In this document: piece after piece, positions 1 to 9,546 of the stretch
Layout of the letters: every line of letters starts with the position of its first letter
Position numbering within the stretch: the stretch's first letter is position 1
Assembly (NCBI GenBank): GCA_903882995.1
Contig: CAIRZE010000118.1
Location: 1 to 41,034 of the forward strand
Length of the DNA stretch: 41,034 bases
Source of the DNA: an uncultured Candidatus Competibacteraceae bacterium
GTDB taxonomy: Bacteria > Pseudomonadota > Gammaproteobacteria > Competibacterales > Competibacteraceae
Direction: 5' to 3'
Made by a program: the position numbers and the translations under genes
Notes under the pieces: generated by a model
Told to the model about the DNA's origin: nothing
The model's database searches: none
Seen by the model: the letters and a program-made list of their open reading frames with translations, nothing else

Positions 1-1
1 C

Positions 2-100
2 ATTCCTCGCCCTGAATATCCACGTCCACAGTTTGAAAGAACCGACTGGGTAAATTTAAATGGCGAATGGACTTATACTTTTGATTTTGGAAAATCGGGA
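2..100 (+). other. Fragment of a glycoside hydrolase family 2 (beta-glucuronidase/galactosidase-like) N-terminus; probable chimeric contig end
   Basis: Frame from base 2 reads [33 protein letters not shown], matching the EYPRPQ..R..W.NLNG.W motif of GH2 sugar-binding domains; it runs directly into ssb sequence at ~94-100. Confidence 0.75.
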
Positions 101-540
101 ACTTAGGTAAAGATCCTGAAGTACGTTACATGCCCAGTGGGCGAGCTGTAGCTAATATCACACTCGCGACAAGTGACAGTTGGAAAGATAAAAATACTGG
201 TGAAAAACAGGAACGTACCGAATGGCACAATGTGGTACTATACAACCCCTTAGCAGAGATCGCTGGTCAATATTTACATAAAGGATCATCTATATTTATA
301 GAAGGTCGCTTACAAACCCGTAAGTGGAATGATAAGAATGGCCAAGATCGCTATACCACAGAGATCATTGCCAATGAGATGAAGATGCTTAGCGGACGTA
401 ACACTGGAACTGAATCAAGAGATAATCAATCTTCAGTTTCCATACAACCGCTACAGCAGCATTCCACTGTATCTACAAACATATCAGTACCATCTACATC
501 GAAATCAGATAACGGATTCGACGACGACATCCCGTTCTAG
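94..540 (+). CDS. ssb: Single-stranded DNA-binding protein, 5' end (~11 codons) missing in this sequence
   Basis: [16 protein letters not shown] from base 94, [17 protein letters not shown], acidic tail FDDDIPF; in-frame TGA at 82-84 where the normal N-terminus should be. Confidence 0.93.
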   Translation: MGNLGKDPEVRYMPSGRAVANITLATSDSWKDKNTGEKQERTEWHNVVLYNPLAEIAGQYLHKGSSIFIEGRLQTRKWNDKNGQDRYTTEIIANEMKMLSGRNTGTESRDNQSSVSIQPLQQHSTVSTNISVPSTSKSDNGFDDDIPF

Positions 541-713
541 AATGATAGCTACCTGAAAACTACCATAATAAGTCTACTAAGATTGATAGCGAACCGTATT
601 TCAATGTTTTGATTTTCTCGTTTATTCCTGCATTATTGTACTGTAAATGATACATTTCAGTTCAGTATATATTAAGGCGATGCTATATCTCCCAAATTAA
701 CCGAAATTAATCC

Positions 714-2066
714 ATGAACCGCAAACTATACATCAAGACTCATGGCTGCCAAATGAATACATACGACTCTGACAGGATAGCAGACTTATTGTATGTAGCA
801 CATAATTTGGAGTGTACAAAGGATCCATATCAAGCGGATTTATTGCTGCTTAATACTTGCTCGATTCGAGAAAAGGCACAGGAGAAAGTTTTTTCACAGC
901 TAGGATTATGGAAAGAATTAAAGGCATCGCGGCCTAATATAGTTATAGGAGTTGGTGGTTGTGTTGCTAGTCAGGAAGGAGATATGTTAATCAAGAGAGC
1001 ACCTTACATCGATCTTGTATTCGGACCTCAAACCCTCCATCGGTTACCAAACATGCTGATGGCTGTTTGGGCAACTCATCAACCAGTGGTTGATATCTCA
1101 TTTCCAGAAATTGAAAAATTTGATCAATTACCAGAACCTAGTGTTAGTGGTCCGACTGCTTTTGTTTCGATAATGGAAGGGTGTAGTAAGTATTGCACCT
1201 TCTGCGTTGTTCCTTACACGCGTGGTGAAGAAGTAAGTCGCCCTTTTGAGACAGTAATTGCTGAAGTACAAGCATTATCTTCTCGTGGTGTTAGAGAAAT
1301 TACTTTGCTCGGCCAAAATGTTAACGCCTATCGTGGCATCATGAAAGATGGCGATATAGCAGACTTAGCCCTCCTGATTGAATATATAGCGACAGTCCCT
1401 GGCATCGACCGTATCCGTTATACTACATCCCATCCAGTAGAATTTTCTGAAAGGTTGATCGAAGTTTATAGACGTGTATCAAAACTAGTTAATCATCTAC
1501 ATCTACCAGTACAAAGTGGTTCGGATCGCATTCTAGCAGTCATGAAACGAGGATACACTTCCACCAAATATAAAGATATTGTTGGGAGATTACGTACAAT
1601 CCGGCCAGAACTCAGCTTGTCATCAGATTTCATCGTCGGTTTCCCTGGCGAAACAGAGAAAGATTTTATGGCAACTATGGCCTTAATAGATGATGTCAAT
1701 TTCGATCATGGCTTCAGCTTTATTTACAGCCCACGCCCAGGTACACCAGCTGCCACTCTCGCAGATAATACACCATTAAAAGTGAAGAAGGAACGGCTGG
1801 CTTTGCTACAAGCGAGTATCGAAGAGCATAATCAAGCTTTAAATCGCAGTATGGTGGGCACCTTGCAACGGGTATTAGTAGATAAAATAGCACGTAAGGA
1901 CAACGGGCAAATATCTGGTAGAACTGAAAACAATCGTGTGATAAATTTTGACGGTGAACCAAGTCTAATCGGGCATTTTGTTGATGTTCTTATTACTGAA
2001 GCAATGCCTAATTCCTTAAGAGGATTGTTGCACACCCGCACAATCACACAACCACATCCGTCGTAG
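714..2066 (+). CDS. miaB: tRNA-2-methylthio-N6-dimethylallyladenosine synthase
   Basis: GCQMN N-terminus, radical [12 protein letters not shown]-terminal TRAM domain; canonical position before phoH. Confidence 0.97.
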   Translation: MNRKLYIKTHGCQMNTYDSDRIADLLYVAHNLECTKDPYQADLLLLNTCSIREKAQEKVFSQLGLWKELKASRPNIVIGVGGCVASQEGDMLIKRAPYIDLVFGPQTLHRLPNMLMAVWATHQPVVDISFPEIEKFDQLPEPSVSGPTAFVSIMEGCSKYCTFCVVPYTRGEEVSRPFETVIAEVQALSSRGVREITLLGQNVNAYRGIMKDGDIADLALLIEYIATVPGIDRIRYTTSHPVEFSERLIEVYRRVSKLVNHLHLPVQSGSDRILAVMKRGYTSTKYKDIVGRLRTIRPELSLSSDFIVGFPGETEKDFMATMALIDDVNFDHGFSFIYSPRPGTPAATLADNTPLKVKKERLALLQASIEEHNQALNRSMVGTLQRVLVDKIARKDNGQISGRTENNRVINFDGEPSLIGHFVDVLITEAMPNSLRGLLHTRTITQPHPS

Positions 2067-2067
2067 T

Positions 2068-3093
2068 TTGGCAGTCCAGTTGACCACTGTGTCTAATACC
2101 GATTCCATCTCTGGGTTTAATACAGCTGAGTGCCAGGATCTATTTTTAGAACCTGTTGATAACGCTCGGTTGGCTAATCTGTGTGGGAATCTAGATGAAC
2201 ACCTGCGTCAAATCGAACAACGTTTGGGTGTCGAAATCAGTAATTTTGGCCATCAGTTTCAGATACTCGGTGAGCAGAATGCAGTCAAGGTAGCTATTTC
2301 TGTGATAGAAGGACTGTACCATGAGACAGAATTCGAGATCTTAAATCCACTAAAAGTGCATCTATCACTAAAGGAAGCAGATACATATACGCCTCTTGAA
2401 GGGGTATATTTAGAACCTGATAAACTGATGCTGCGCACGAAGCGTGTCTTGATTCGAAGTCGTGGATCTAATCAGCAACGCTACATACGGAATATAAAGC
2501 ATCATGATATAAACTTCGGTGTCGGTCCAGCTGGCACTGGAAAAACCTATTTAGCAGTAGCTTGTGCTATAGATGCGCTTGAAAGTAACAAGGCAAAGAG
2601 ATTGATATTAGTACGGCCTGCAGTAGAAGCCGGCGAACGGTTAGGGTTTCTTCCCGGTGATATGGCTCAAAAGATTGATCCTTATCTGCGGCCGCTCTAC
2701 GATGCTTTATACGAGATGGTGGGATTCGATCATATTGCTAAATTAATTGAGCGTAACATTATAGAAATCGCACCTTTAGCATTCATGCGCGGTAGAACAC
2801 TCAACGATTCTTTCATCATACTAGACGAGGCTCAAAACACCACAGTTGAACAGATGAAGATGTTCCTGACCCGTATCGGTTTCGGCTCAGTAGTAGTAGT
2901 CACTGGAGATATAACTCAGATAGATTTACCTCGCAACGTTCAGTCTGGGTTACGTCAAGTATTAAAGGTGTTAAGAAATTTGGATGGTATCAGCATAACT
3001 GTCTTCAACGCAGGTGATGTCGTACGGCATCCGTTAGTACAGAGGATCGTTAGTGCCTATTCGCAATATGAAGAAGAGAATAATTCTTCATGA
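2068..3093 (+). CDS. ybeZ: PhoH-like ATPase (YbeZ); exact start uncertain
   Basis: GPAGTGKT, RPAVEAGERLGFLPGD, RGRTLND, DEAQN, GDITQIDLP. Confidence 0.95.
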   Translation: MAVQLTTVSNTDSISGFNTAECQDLFLEPVDNARLANLCGNLDEHLRQIEQRLGVEISNFGHQFQILGEQNAVKVAISVIEGLYHETEFEILNPLKVHLSLKEADTYTPLEGVYLEPDKLMLRTKRVLIRSRGSNQQRYIRNIKHHDINFGVGPAGTGKTYLAVACAIDALESNKAKRLILVRPAVEAGERLGFLPGDMAQKIDPYLRPLYDALYEMVGFDHIAKLIERNIIEIAPLAFMRGRTLNDSFIILDEAQNTTVEQMKMFLTRIGFGSVVVVTGDITQIDLPRNVQSGLRQVLKVLRNLDGISITVFNAGDVVRHPLVQRIVSAYSQYEEENNSS

Positions 3094-3563
3094 GTTTTAG
3101 ACTGAAACTTTATATTCAAATTGCTCTAGATATTCAAGAACTACCGGGTGCGCACAATTTGCACCGTTGGGTTGAAGCGGCTTTGACAGGTGCTAAATAC
3201 AAAGGAAAGCAGGCTGAGTTAACGATTCGCATGGTCAATGAAAAGGAGAGTGCTGACCTGAATGAGGCTTATCGCTATAAAAAAGGACCGACCAACATTC
3301 TATCATTTCCTTTTGCAGCGCCAATTAAGATATCCCCACTCGGAGATATCGTGATCTGCGCTCCAGTTGTGATAAGAGAGGCAATAAATCTTGGAATTAA
3401 CCTAGATGCACACTTGGCGCATCTGGTTGTGCATGGTGTTTTACATTTGCTTGGACATGATCATGACAATGAGGATAAGGCTAATATAATGGAATCCCTA
3501 GAGATCCGTATTTTAGCCTGGCTTGGCTATCCTGATCCTTATGGAGATCTACAAGACTCATGA
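3090..3563 (+). CDS. ybeY: rRNA maturation endoribonuclease YbeY
   Basis: TNILSFP, LGDIVIC, HGVLHLLGHDH metal-binding motif. Confidence 0.95.
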   Translation: MSFRLKLYIQIALDIQELPGAHNLHRWVEAALTGAKYKGKQAELTIRMVNEKESADLNEAYRYKKGPTNILSFPFAAPIKISPLGDIVICAPVVIREAINLGINLDAHLAHLVVHGVLHLLGHDHDNEDKANIMESLEIRILAWLGYPDPYGDLQDS

Positions 3564-4141
3564 GCGAAGAGCGAGCTGAATCCAGCTATAAACCGTCATG
3601 GCTCGAACGTCTTAGTCAAGCCATACTAGGTGAACCTAAGGATAGAGATGAATTAGTAGAGTTACTACGCGATGCCCAACAGAGGAAGCTACTAGACCCT
3701 CAAGCCCTGAAAATGATGGAAGGTGTTATGCTTGTATCGGAAACACAAGTGCGTGAAGTAATGGTTCCCAGAAGCAAAATGGTTATCCTGGAACAGAATT
3801 GGAGCCTAGAACAACTCGTTGCGGCTATTGTTGAATCTGGGCATTCTCGATTTCCAGTTATCGGTGAAAACAAAGATAATGTCATAGGTATCCTAATAGT
3901 TAAGGATCTCCTGATTCACGCCTTTGATCATCGTGAGGACTTTGATTTACGGGCTCTGCTGCGCCCTGTTAAATTTATTCCAGAAAGTAAAAGGCTAAAT
4001 ATTCTGCTTAATGAATTTCGTAGCAAGCGCCTGCATATGGCTATTGTGGTCGATGAATACGGTGGCGTGGCTGGTCTCATTACAATTGAAGATGTTCTAG
4101 AGGAAATCGTTGGGGAGATCGACGACGAGCATGATACCTGA
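3560..4141 (+). CDS. corC: CorC/YbeX CBS-pair protein, truncated before the CorC_HlyC domain
   Basis: SGHSRFPV, IPESKRL, HMAIVVDEYGGVAGLITIEDVLEEIVGEIDDEHD followed immediately by a stop; 193 aa versus ~280-290 aa typical. Confidence 0.9.
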   Translation: MSEERAESSYKPSWLERLSQAILGEPKDRDELVELLRDAQQRKLLDPQALKMMEGVMLVSETQVREVMVPRSKMVILEQNWSLEQLVAAIVESGHSRFPVIGENKDNVIGILIVKDLLIHAFDHREDFDLRALLRPVKFIPESKRLNILLNEFRSKRLHMAIVVDEYGGVAGLITIEDVLEEIVGEIDDEHDT

Positions 4142-4400
4142 GTGTTTTGAGCACGCCTTTATCGGCCGACAGGGTAATGCCTACTTTAAAGAACTAACTC
4201 CGGCTGGGGATATTAACCAGTATTTTCAGGCTGAATTTATCGATGAACCCGCCGATACTATCCGGTGAACTAGTCATGATTTAACTGGGATGATTACCTA
4301 AGTTTGGTGCTGATATTTGCTGTTTTCATTTCTGAGTATTACATGCTGATGCTAATCATCTACGCATTCATCTGCTGGAGGTGGAGGATAGCTCTACTAA
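4142..4400 (+). pseudogene. corC: Decayed C-terminal transporter-associated (CorC_HlyC) domain of corC
   Basis: Out-of-frame remnants ELTPAGDINQYFQAEFIDEPADTI and GELVMI*LG*LPK...F*VLHADANHLRIHLLEV with several stops and frameshifts. Confidence 0.8.
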
Positions 4401-4521
4401 GTTAAGAATCAAAAAGAATCTTATTCTGTCTACATTGTATGGAGTGTTATTATTGTGATTGTGTGGTATGTCCATCACTTCTTTTTAGAATTCAGCAATG
4501 GCTATCGAGTTTAACTAGATT

Positions 4522-6081
4522 ATGCAAGAGGTAGCTGCGCACCACTGCCACCATTCCCCACTTACTGACTATTTAGTTTTGAGTGCTGGTGCAGCCACAC
4601 CACTGGCATTCGCACCGTTCAATTGTTGGCCATTGGCGATTATTTTACCGATTATTCTTTTGTGGAGTTGGGATAACTCCACCCCAAGCCAAGCCACACG
4701 GCGCGGATTGCTATTCGGACTCGGAATGTTTGGATTCGGCATTTACTGGATCTACATTAGCCTGCACGATTATGGTGGCTCTTCTGCCATGTTTGCAGTC
4801 CTATCGACCTTAGCACTAGTAATTCTATTATCGCTATACCCAGCACTTGCTGGCTGGCTAACTATTAGATGGGGTCCACAAGCAGGCATAAGGCGTTATC
4901 TACTTTTCATTCCAGCGCTCTTCACATTTTTAGAATGGGTTAGAGGCTGGCTTTTCACTGGCTTTCCGTGGCTATCACTGGGATATAGCCAAATTGATTC
5001 ACCTCTTGGACGACTAGCACCATATCTCGGTGTATTAGGTGTTGGCTGGGCAGTGATGTTCAGTACTGGCATATTGTGGATGTCTCTGAATAGCAACTGT
5101 TGGCAATACAGAATAGGCTGGATAGGATTTTTAGCAGTGATTTGGATCGGCATATGGGAACTTGAGAACATTCACTGGACTGAACCGACAGGTTCCATAT
5201 TACGCATCTCGATCGTGCAAGGTAGCATCCCCCAGGAAGAAAAATGGCAAATAAGTAAACTGAAAGATACATTAGAACGTTATATTCAACTGAGTCTACC
5301 AGAACATGGCCATACTGAGGTGATCATTTGGCCAGAAACAGCCATCCCCACTTTTTATCAGTATGTCCTCCCTTTCATTGATACTTTGGGAAAGAAAGCT
5401 AGACAAGACAAAATCGACTATATTGCTGGTATCCCAACTGGAATACCGGAAGACAATGTTTTTCATAACAGTGTTATCAGAATTGGTGAATCAGTTAATT
5501 TCTACAGCAAACGACGACTGTTACCATTTGGGGAATACTTACCGTTGCAGTGGTTTTTTCAGTTCTTCCGTGAATGGGTTAAAATACCGATGGCAGATTT
5601 TCTACCTGGAGAATACTCACAACCGCTATTGCAAGTAGCTGGCCAACCAGTAGGAATTTCAATCTGTTTTGAGGCAGTATTTGGCAATGAAATACGGTTG
5701 GCATTACCTAAAGCTACCTGGCTAATAAATGTTAGTAACGATGCCTGGTTTAAATATTCCACAGCTGCACACCAGCATTTACAAATCGCTAGGATGCGCT
5801 CATTAGAAACTGGCCGTTATATGGCTCGTGCTACTAATACTGGTATCTCCGCTATTATTGACGATCATGGTAGCATCATAGAGACTAGCCCCCAATTTCA
5901 AGCAGCTGTTGTTCGTGGTAATATACAGCTGCGCATTGGACAGACACCTTATGTATATTTTGGGGATTTTCCTATTGTATTTTTAGCAATATCATCAATT
6001 ATATTGGGATTATTTCCGGTAAGATTTCATCGAGGGCTCTATAGCATCTTGATCAAGAGGTCAAGAAATTTCTATCAATGA
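4522..6081 (+). CDS. lnt: Apolipoprotein N-acyltransferase
   Basis: LAFAPF, EWVRGWLFTGFPW, WPETA, KRRLLPFGEY, ICFE, SNDAWF, RATNTGIS. Confidence 0.96.
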   Translation: MQEVAAHHCHHSPLTDYLVLSAGAATPLAFAPFNCWPLAIILPIILLWSWDNSTPSQATRRGLLFGLGMFGFGIYWIYISLHDYGGSSAMFAVLSTLALVILLSLYPALAGWLTIRWGPQAGIRRYLLFIPALFTFLEWVRGWLFTGFPWLSLGYSQIDSPLGRLAPYLGVLGVGWAVMFSTGILWMSLNSNCWQYRIGWIGFLAVIWIGIWELENIHWTEPTGSILRISIVQGSIPQEEKWQISKLKDTLERYIQLSLPEHGHTEVIIWPETAIPTFYQYVLPFIDTLGKKARQDKIDYIAGIPTGIPEDNVFHNSVIRIGESVNFYSKRRLLPFGEYLPLQWFFQFFREWVKIPMADFLPGEYSQPLLQVAGQPVGISICFEAVFGNEIRLALPKATWLINVSNDAWFKYSTAAHQHLQIARMRSLETGRYMARATNTGISAIIDDHGSIIETSPQFQAAVVRGNIQLRIGQTPYVYFGDFPIVFLAISSIILGLFPVRFHRGLYSILIKRSRNFYQ

Positions 6082-6119
6082 GACTAGTATAATTTGGAGA
6101 GAGTGTACACTACCCACTG

Positions 6120-6535
6120 TTATGAAAACCAATACAGCCATTTTTGCACCGGTACTGATATTTCAGATTTATAGAATTACAGGTATTGATAGCTAGGACA
6201 ACCATTAGTCCAAATCTTACAGCTAGGATACGTACCAGCATGCGGAGTGCTCGCCTAAACTGTTCCAGCCCCTCTAAACAATCAATCAATTATTCCTTGA
6301 ATACCATCAAAAATGGATCTAGGGGAAATGTATCTAATCCTAAATCTTCCATTCCTGGCAGATCTAGGGAACACTAGTGTTCCTTCTGCTTTAGTTTGGC
6401 CCCGGAAAGTCATTTTTAACAAGTTAAAGTATAAGAGTAGATCGGATATCCTAAATTAGGTATGCTTATGCCAAAGTTCTTGGGTCACGTGCCATTTTCA
6501 CCAAAAGAAAACGGCACTCACACCATGAAACCGTA
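6120..6535 (+). pseudogene. Heavily decayed gene remnant, possibly DUF2066 family
   Basis: Gene-sized gap directly upstream of the CDP-alcohol transferase, where DUF2066 usually lies; weak remnant RVDRIS*IRYAYAKVLG at ~6434-6485. Confidence 0.25.
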
Positions 6536-6539
6536 GCCA

Positions 6540-7109
6540 TTGAAAACTCGGAACATACCTAATCTCGTCACTAGCCTGCGGATCATACTAGTACCGCCTT
6601 TCTTATTAGTGCTATTAAAAGAGCACTACAGCATAGCATTTCTGCTGTTCGTAATAGCTGGGGTCTCTGATGCCTTAGATGGTTTCCTAGCAAAACATTA
6701 CGGCTGGACCAGCGAGTTAGGTGGTATCCTTGATCCAATCGCAGATAAGCTGCTACTCGTCGGAGCGATTTTAGTACTAGGTTGGTTGAGAGATCTACCT
6801 ATTTGGCTAGTTGCACTAGCTATCTTACGCGATTTAATAATCGTAACTGGTGCAATCGGTTACCATCTAATAATCGAGCGCGTTCAAGCAAGCCCTTTAT
6901 TTATTAGTAAGATAAATACGTTGGTCCAGCTGCTTCTAGTATGTATAGCCATTGTCAGTCACGGGTTAATTTCCCTGCCACCCTGGTTATTGAAAACACA
7001 AGTCTATATAACCGCATTAACCACAGTATGGAGCGGGGCAGCCTACGTGTGGCAGTGGAGTCACCAAGCTTGGAATACAGCGCATAATAATTCTGATTCA
7101 GAAAATTAA
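6540..7109 (+). CDS. CDP-alcohol phosphatidyltransferase family protein (PgsA/cardiolipin synthase-like)
   Basis: NIPNLVTSLRI, DALDGFLAK...G..LDPIADK signature; hydrophobic; TTG start. Confidence 0.92.
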   Translation: MKTRNIPNLVTSLRIILVPPFLLVLLKEHYSIAFLLFVIAGVSDALDGFLAKHYGWTSELGGILDPIADKLLLVGAILVLGWLRDLPIWLVALAILRDLIIVTGAIGYHLIIERVQASPLFISKINTLVQLLLVCIAIVSHGLISLPPWLLKTQVYITALTTVWSGAAYVWQWSHQAWNTAHNNSDSEN

Positions 7110-7478
7110 CAACCAAATATAACTACATAACTATTCAGTTAATACTGATTGGTCTGATCTAGCTAATTTAACCTGTTCAACGAGCGTAGAAAAAATCTAA
7201 AATACGTGTACCATCTCACAGTTATTTTCCATAAAATTCACAAAGCTAATAACATTTTAGCTCCTTACGGTTTATAAAAATCGGTTCCCATATTGGCAAT
7301 CTTCACAGTTATAGACAAACTATACATCTCTGCTTTTTGGATACAGAATTGACAAGGTTAGGAGGAAAATTTCCTAGATTTGTGTCGTGTTAGTGTTATT
7401 AGCAGTTTACTATTTTGCAGTTCTAGGTTCTCTAGGTACAGCTGTCTCACAGGTCTGTAGCAGTAAGATCCAAATTGG

Positions 7479-7507
7479 TTGACAAAGATACTAACAAGAT
7501 TCACTAT
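7479..7507 (+). promoter_or_regulatory. Putative sigma70 promoter upstream of phaB
   Basis: TTGACA (7479-7484), 17 bp, CACTAT (7502-7507). Confidence 0.45.
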
Positions 7508-7552
7508 GTGCGTGTCGTCTGCCCCAAGAATCCTGGGTGCAGGGTGTTTGTA

Positions 7553-7581
7553 TTGACAAGATAAGTTAATATTGTTGCAAT
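7553..7581 (+). promoter_or_regulatory. Second putative sigma70 promoter, -10 overlapping a TTGTTGCAA element
   Basis: TTGACA (7553-7558), 17 bp, TGCAAT (7576-7581). Confidence 0.4.
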
Positions 7582-8113
7582 TCCGAACCGCTGTTTTGAG
7601 ACTTAGCTCACTATCTTGTTTAAATTTGATAGATTTACCTCTAGATAGTGAGGGTAGGATCTCAGCCTGGATCTACTGGGAGACTGGTCACTGGCCAAGC
7701 CAGATTGCCTACTTTCAATTGTATAAAAAAGAGGCCTCTTATCAAGAGAGGCTGCTGCAATCGATGATTTCAGTTGAGGTTATAGTTGGTAAATTCTTAC
7801 AGTCTTTAATATATAACAGAAAAAGAAGAGTAGATCGATGATAGTTGTCCTATCGTGGGCATCTTGTTCCTGAAACTGCTTATAATTCTCTGATCAGTAA
7901 GATCAGAGGCCAGCTCTGTACTGGCGTTGGTGCTCTACTACATACAAGATTGGCAATTGTATTGTGCCCTGGGGAAGATATCAGTAAGTTAAATTGCGGT
8001 CATGCACGGCTTAAATGTGGGCAGTGGACGACCAAAAGGCAATAGATGAGGTTGCACTCAGGATTGCCTGTCGAAAAACGTTAATTGAGTAATAGAATAG
8101 GAGGAAGTTTCCA

Positions 8114-8857
8114 ATGTCTCGAGTCGCAGTCGTTACTGGTGGGATCGGTGGTTTAGGCACAGCTATGGTTAAAGGGCTAGCTGCTGCTGGCCGAATTGCG
8201 GTTGCAGTGGATTATAATGGCCTAAAACCGGAAGCTGTGGATAAATGGACAGCGGACCGTAAGGCTGAAGGTTTCGATATCCCAGTTTATCTAGCGGATG
8301 TGACCAGCTTTACATCTTGTGCTGAGGTGTGCAAGAAGATCGGAGAGGAAATAGGCCTCATAGAAATTCTGATCAATAACGCCGGCATTACTAGAGATTC
8401 AATGTTTCATAAGATGACACCTGAACAGTGGGATCAGGTCATTAAGACTAATCTATACAGTGTCTTCAATATGACTAGGCAGGTATATGAAGGCATGATA
8501 ACTAGGAATTGGGGCCGTATAGTCAATATCGCTTCTGTAAACGGCCTGAGAGGTCAGGCAGGACAATCAAACTATTCTGCTACCAAATCGGGGATCTATG
8601 GGTTCAATAAGGCATTAGCTCAGGAGTGTGTTAAAAAGGGTGTAACCATTAATTCAATCTCTCCAGGTTATATTGGCACTGAGATGGTCCGTGCTATACG
8701 TGCAGATGTGTTAGAAAAAGTGATCGCTGGTATTCCTGCCGCTAGATTAGGTGAACCTTCAGAAATTGCACGCGCTGTCGTATTCCTCACTGATGATGAA
8801 GCGGGCTACATCACAGGAGAGGATATCACCATTAACGGTGGTCTATATTACCACTGA
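8114..8857 (+). CDS. phaB: Acetoacetyl-CoA reductase PhaB
   Basis: SDR TGGIGGLG, NNAGITRD, GQAGQSNYSATK, ITINGGLY; strong SD (AGGAGG) upstream; adjacent to phaR. Confidence 0.92.
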   Translation: MSRVAVVTGGIGGLGTAMVKGLAAAGRIAVAVDYNGLKPEAVDKWTADRKAEGFDIPVYLADVTSFTSCAEVCKKIGEEIGLIEILINNAGITRDSMFHKMTPEQWDQVIKTNLYSVFNMTRQVYEGMITRNWGRIVNIASVNGLRGQAGQSNYSATKSGIYGFNKALAQECVKKGVTINSISPGYIGTEMVRAIRADVLEKVIAGIPAARLGEPSEIARAVVFLTDDEAGYITGEDITINGGLYYH

Positions 8858-8871
8858 CATTATGAACCCGC

Positions 8872-8909
8872 GCGGCGCCACAAAAATTAGAGGCGCCGCT
8901 GCTTTTTTT
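8872..8909 (+). terminator. Rho-independent terminator after phaB
   Basis: GCGGCGCC (8872-8879) / GGCGCCGC (8892-8899) stem followed by T7 (8903-8909). Confidence 0.75.
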
Positions 8910-8921
8910 GGCTGGTCTGAT

Positions 8922-9479
8922 ATGAGCGAACCCCGCATCATTAAGAAGTACCCTAACCGCCGGCTTTATGACACAACTGTTAGCAGTTATATCACGCTTA
9001 GGAGCGTCAAGAAGTTGGTACTAGAGCGCACTGAATTTAACGTTATCGACTCTAGAACTAACACGGATATTACTCGTAATATTTTGTTACAGATAATCAG
9101 CGAACAGGAAGAACAAGGTAATCCAATTTTCACAACAGAGGTCCTAGCCCATATAATTAGATTTTACGGTGATACACTGCAGGGTATGATGGGTAGTTAT
9201 CTGGAAAAGAGTTTACAAGCGTTTGTAGATCAACAGCATTTATTCAAAGAACAGATGAGGAATATTATCGGAAATAACCCATTATCTATGATAACAGAAC
9301 TTGTAGAACACAATCTTTCACTATGGCAGAGCGTTAACGAGCGCCTACTGCAAAATTACACTCCAGCATCTTTTATCCAACAAAACGCTACTGCCAGTAC
9401 CCTGAATACTATCACCACCGCAGAGCAGAAAGGAAAGTCAACAGAGGAAAGGAAGAAGAAAAGGCAAAAAGCTAGATGA
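8922..9479 (+). CDS. phaR: Polyhydroxyalkanoate synthesis repressor PhaR
   Basis: MSEPRIIKKYPNRRLYDT..SSYITL, DITRNILLQII.EQE, IIRFYG; true start at ATG 8922, not 8751. Confidence 0.95.
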   Translation: MSEPRIIKKYPNRRLYDTTVSSYITLRSVKKLVLERTEFNVIDSRTNTDITRNILLQIISEQEEQGNPIFTTEVLAHIIRFYGDTLQGMMGSYLEKSLQAFVDQQHLFKEQMRNIIGNNPLSMITELVEHNLSLWQSVNERLLQNYTPASFIQQNATASTLNTITTAEQKGKSTEERKKKRQKAR

Positions 9480-9546
9480 TGCTCTCAAAGGTACATTAGT
9501 TTGTACTAATTACCGGACGTTTGTTCCAGCGCTATTCTAGTTAATG

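Noticed and set aside
60-110. ATG at 60 ([11 protein letters not shown]…) as a frameshifted ssb start
   Set aside because: Does not match the conserved ssb N-terminus, and the same bases read convincingly as GH2 in another frame
7110-7340. Remnant of hda or an AI-2E transporter expected after the CDP-alcohol transferase
   Set aside because: No recognisable motif in any frame I read
7572-8045. Two same-frame ORFs (89 and 66 aa) as a split gene such as phaA or phaP
   Set aside because: No thiolase or phasin motifs, TTG starts without SD, random-looking composition
8751-8921. 57-aa N-terminal extension of PhaR in the ORF track
   Set aside because: Overlaps phaB and spans a terminator; the PhaR family begins at MSEPRIIKKY
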